Origin: Eledone cirrhosa
Lineage: Eukaryota
NCBI GenBank assembly: GCA_964016885.1
Contig: OZ024761.1
Span: 1,550,001-1,614,000, forward strand
Length of the DNA: 64,000 bases
Direction: 5' to 3'
Below, in pieces: positions 59,135 through 64,000 of this stretch (position 1 is the stretch's first letter; every line of letters starts with the position of its first letter). The notes below the pieces were generated by a model, which had not been told where the DNA came from, made no database searches, and saw nothing but the letters and a program-made list of their open reading frames with translations. The position numbers were made by a program, and so were the translations under genes.

Positions 59135-62100
59135 ACCCCGTGCCCAAGAAATACCGGGATGGCGGCCGGCGGGGAATAGCCGTGTCTCTAGGTGAGAACG
59201 ACCCCTCTAGTCTTGGTTGACACTCGTTCTAGAAGTGGTAACACGAAATGATTACCCCTTGGCGGATAAGGATAAAACGCGACAAAATAAAGTAAATGTC
59301 TAATGATAAAATCTCATACCGGATCGGCCGTCACCCGGGTAAAAAAGGGCCGCGTCCCTCAGAGAGGAACCAGACTGGGGTCGAAAAATCAGCTAATGGT
59401 TCAAACCTTCCCATCACTTCGGAGCTGGAGACCTCCCATAGCCGGAATACTCCTACTGTTGGCCCTCCATGCTCACCACCAAGAAATCCAAAGAAAAAGA
59501 GAGAAAAATGGTCAAGGGAAGATAATAAAGAAGTCCTTGAGGCTTTCTACACTGCCATGTACTACCCATCAAATACATCGAATACAGAACAGACATATAT
59601 CAACTGGAAAAAGAAACATCCCGAAAACAGAGGCTATATTGACAGTAACAATCTAGCCAATATACAAAGAAATATTGTAAGAAAAAAGTTACTAACTGAT
59701 ATAGAAATTGATCAGATCAAGCTATTAGCACAAAGTCAGCGAAGGGAAAATGAAACATGTGTCAGTGAAAACGAGGTAAACTGTAACACTTCGAACCCCA
59801 GGGTTGGGGCGGAATCACTGGCAACAGAACAAATTAAAGAAAGGATCGAAAAAGTGGAGGGAGTGCATGCTCAGGATGAAACTCCAAATGAAAATAATGA
59901 GATCGTAAATGATAAAGAAATGAATGAGAATGAACTTGCCAACTTGAAGGATGAAATTATGATCGAATGGATGAAAATGAAAGAATCTGACATGGGGCAA
60001 TGAGACACCCTCCCTAAGATCCAGAACTCCAAACAGAACCAAAAGATAATACACAAGACTAACATAATTCTCAAAAACATTATCATCACAAACAAACTAA
60101 ACATTACTGATTTAAATCATCTCTATTATGCATCGGCTAAAGTCACCACTCACTTATGTGGAGTGAAGATGAAAAAACAAAGGAATTCCCACAAGAAATC
60201 TACTTGGCAAGAGAACATCAATCGCCAAATAAACCTTCTCCGATCTGACATAGAAATTTTAACAAACTATAAAGTAGGTGAACATGTTAAACAAACTAAA
60301 CTTAGAAAATTGAAAAAAAAGTACAGTATAAAATCAACATGTGACATAGACATGCTGATAGAAATAATCAAGCAAAAAGTGTCGGCCAAAGCTGCTCGTA
60401 TAAGGCGCTTTGAAAAACGATCTAGATTCTATGAGGACAATAATATGTTCAAAAACAACCAAAGAAACTTCTACAGAAAAATTGGTAAGTCAACAATAAC
60501 TGCTAAATAAATACCACCCAAGGAGGAAGTGCAAGAATTCTGGGAAAAGATCTGGGCCGAAGAAAAAGTTCATAACATACATGCCCCATGGATAGACAGA
60601 CAAATGAAAGATACAGCTCACCTTGAGGAACAAACATGGGAAAATATAACAGTTGAACAGTTGCGCTTGGCTCTAAGAAAAACCAGCAAATGGAAATCCC
60701 CAGGAAAAGACAAAATACAAAACTTTTGGATAAATGCCTTCACAGAGTCTCATGAGCTGTTAGCCCAACTTTACAATGAAATAGTTAAGGAGCCAGAAAA
60801 GATACCTTCATGGCTAGTTAACGGCATTACATTCCTGCTTCCGAAGAATGATGAGACAAACAATCCCAAAAATTACAGACCGATAACTTGCTTGACCACA
60901 ATGTATAAAATTTTAACATCAGTCCTAACTGAATACACATATGACCACCTGATAACAAATGACCTATTTCCCATTGAGCAGAAAGGGTGTAAACGAGGCT
61001 CATATGGCTGTAAGGATCAGCTTCTGGTTAACAAAATGATACTGGAAGATTGTCATAATAGACACAAAAATCTATCGATTGCTTGAATAGATTATAAAAA
61101 AGCATTCGATAGTTTGCCACACAGTTGGATTGAAAATTGTTTAGAGATTTTCAAAATATCCCCCGTTGTCAGGAGGTTTTTGTCATTCAGTATGAAGACA
61201 TGGAAAACGACACTCCTTTTGAATAGTGAAACAAAATCACTGGAAGCTGGAGAAGTTAATATTAATTGTGGAATTTTTCAGGGTGACTCTTTATCACCGC
61301 TTTTATTCTGCATCGCACTTATACCATTAAGTAAAATGCTCAATGAAACAAAACATGGATATAAAGTCTATGACAAAACCATTAATCACCTGTTCTACAT
61401 GGATGACCTGAAACTATTTGCAAAAAATGATGAACAATTGCAAGGGCTATTATCCACTGTGGAGCAGTTCAGTGATGACATTAAAATGGAGTTTGGACTA
61501 GATAAATGCGCCAAAGCAACGTTCACCAGAGGAAAGCTGCTGAAGAGTTCAGACATTAATCTTGATCGGGGGAACGTGATAAGAGAACTTGATCAAGAAA
61601 AAACTTACAAATATCTAGGTGTTTGTGAAGGAGACGGAATCAAGCACTCGACAATGAGGGAAAGGATAAGGAAGGAATGTTACTGCAGAGTAAGAGCAAT
61701 CTTAAGAACGGAATTGAATGCAAGGAATAGGATCGATGCCATAAACACGCTTGCCATACCAGTAGTAACCTACAGTTACAATGTCATCAACTGGTCAAGC
61801 ACAGAGATCCGTAGGCTTGATACAAAAATTCGAAAATTCTTAACCATGCACAGAATGCATCACCCTAAGGCAGATATAGATAGAATATATCTCCCTAGGA
61901 AAGAAGGAGGACGTGGGTTAATCCAGTTAGACATTGCGTTGAAAACTGCGACAATTGGATTATCTACATATCTAAGGGAATCACATGATTGGATGATCAA
62001 ACTCGTTTTGAAACACGAAAGCATCAAAAGATCATATTCCATTACAAAAGATGCACAAAGATACAGTAATGGACTACAAATTTCAGAAGTCCCATTTACT

Positions 62101-63110
62101 GCTGAAATGGAAAACACAGAAAAAGCAAAGCAGGTAAAAGTAACTGCAAAGAAAGAACTGCTACAGAAACTGGCTAAGAAATGGCAAGAAAAGCCTCTGT
62201 ATGGAAAATACCCAGAGCGAGCTAACAATCCTGATGTTGACAAAACTTTAACCCATCAGTGGTTGGCATCCTCTGGACTGAAATCGGAGACTGAAGGACT
62301 GAAAATATCAGCACAAGATCAGTGTCTGCCAACAAAAAATTACCAAGCCAACATAATAAAAAATGGATGCAGCCCATTATGCCGTGTATGCAAAAAACAA
62401 CCAGAGACCATTGACCATATAATTTCAATGTGCAGTCCTATAGCTCCAACCGAATACCTAAACAGGCATGACAGAGCTGCACAATACATACATTGGATAA
62501 TGTGTAAGCATTTTGACCTGCCCCATCAAAAGAATTGGTGGGAGCATCAACCACCTCCCATACTTGAAAAAGATCACATCTCAATCCTGTGAAACTTTAG
62601 CATCCAAGCAGACCGAAAAATAAATGCAAATAGACTTGATATAATATTGAAGGACTTTAAAAAGAGGGTATGCCTGCTAATTGATATGTCTGTTCCAATA
62701 GACAAGAATGTATCTATAAAACATTTGAAAAATTGAGCAAGTATAAGGACCTGGAGATAGAAATTGGAAAAATGTGGAAATTGAGAACTAAAATAATACC
62801 AGTGGTTGTAGGCGCTCTGGGAATGATACCTAAGGGGTCTATTGATTACTTATCGCAAATCCCAGGAAACCCGCGTATAGGAGAAATACAAAAGATAGTA
62901 CTAATGGGAACTGCCCATATACTAAGGAAGATTCTGTCAATATAAGTACATCACAAGTCTAAACACTAAAGATGCATGTGTGAGTATGTATGTTCTTTCT
63001 TGAACATGGCGGACCTTGTTGTCTCTTGAGGTCACTGGTTGTGACTTGGTGATAACTCGTATGAACATAAAGCAAGATAAATGCAACTGTAATAATAATA
63101 ATAATAATAA
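59135..63110 (+). mobile_element. Near full-length R4/Dong-like non-LTR retrotransposon (RT + RLE), inactivated
   Basis: NYRPITCL, IDYKKAFDS, FQGDSLSPLLF, HLFYMDDLK, CRVC..ETIDHIISMC, RHD, KYKDL; (TAA)n tail; stops at 60001, 60508, 61084, 62590 and a late frameshift. Confidence 0.93.
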
Positions 63111-63975
63111 TGGTTTCTTTAATAGCCACACAGGGTTTCCATTAAGAGGTCAATAAAGATGGTACAGGGTGGTACAGTGTGTGTTTTCTGTATAAGAGAA
63201 AGGTTTATAATAAAGTCTAAAAAAATAAACATTTAAAAAAATCAAACATAACAAATTCTCCCAAAGTGGGAATACCTCCAAAGGTATCCAAGAAAGCCCA
63301 CAAAAAAAGCCATGGTAACTTTGATTGCTAAGGCAAGTGCCCTCTCCCAGTTGTTCTCCAATTTACAGACACATACTCAGTGCAAGCCCATTCACTTAGA
63401 CTATGCTCACCTCTCTCACCCACCTTTCAACAAACTGGTTGGAAGGTAGCATTTCCCTTTCCACCTTGATTTTTCTTTTCAGGTGAAACCTGAAAAAGTT
63501 AATCATAGCTTCGTCAAAGAGGAAAGTGCTTTCCTTCAATCCTTTCAAACGTGTCCATCATACAACCTCTTTTGCCATTGACAGCAGGCAGATAAAATTT
63601 GCCTGGCCTTCCCCTCTAAAAAGAGATGACATTGTGATCTTCACAATGGACTCAGTAGATAGTTGAATCCATCCCACATGTGACAAGTCAGCAATACCTG
63701 GACACTTGATGAGTGCATGCAGGATGGGTTCATCACCATGCACACATCACAGGCAGGCCCAGCTGTAGAGTTTATCTCGAACTAGCAAGCCCCCCCCCCC
63801 CCCCCCGGTAGCACTGCCAGACTAGAGATTTCTCAAAGTTATCCATGGGCCTGTGTTATCTCATCCCAGTGTTTGTCCATTTGAAGGTCCAGACCAAACC
63901 AGATACCAAGTATTTCAACCACCCTGTCTCTCCAGTGCCCGATGATGTCATTGGACGGCATGGACCTGCCTTCTG
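63110..63975 (-). mobile_element. Deleted 3' fragment of a Tx1/L1 element
   Basis: DEPILHALIKCP...LSTESIVKI...AKEVV, homologous to 52734-53200. Confidence 0.85.
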
Positions 63976-64000
63976 AAGCTACGAGATTTTGATATTATTT

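Noticed and set aside
61084-62592. Stops at expected Trp codons (TGA at 61084 and 62590; TAG at 37971 and 39010) restorable by A-to-I editing
   Set aside because: TGG to stop is a common single-transition nonsense mutation, and the same elements carry frameshifts or other stops that editing would not repair.

Overview
Repeat-rich, AT-rich eukaryotic genomic DNA. The SINE, LINE and microsatellite content suggests an octopod or other cephalopod (inference, not verified). The one host gene is a minus-strand SLC34 (NaPi-II) sodium-phosphate cotransporter. I assembled it by hand: seven exons between 24171 and the stop at 5560 with consistent splice phases, plus three probable N-terminal micro-exons at 25.7, 31.2 and 52.3 kb. 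The start codon was not found. The introns and flank hold Penelope-like elements, RTE, Tx1/L1 and R4/Dong LINE relics, a young non-autonomous LTR element, tRNA-derived SINEs, MITEs, Helitron ends and long microsatellites. Main observations: (1) a ~10.3 kb, 49-bp satellite that is an amplification of the gene's own exon end and 5' splice site (~210 units); (2) a second intron whose minisatellite also repeats a consensus donor; (3) four minimal hammerhead-ribozyme motifs, all on the gene's sense strand; (4) a duplicated in-frame 3' splice site; (5) long near-perfect intronic inverted repeats.
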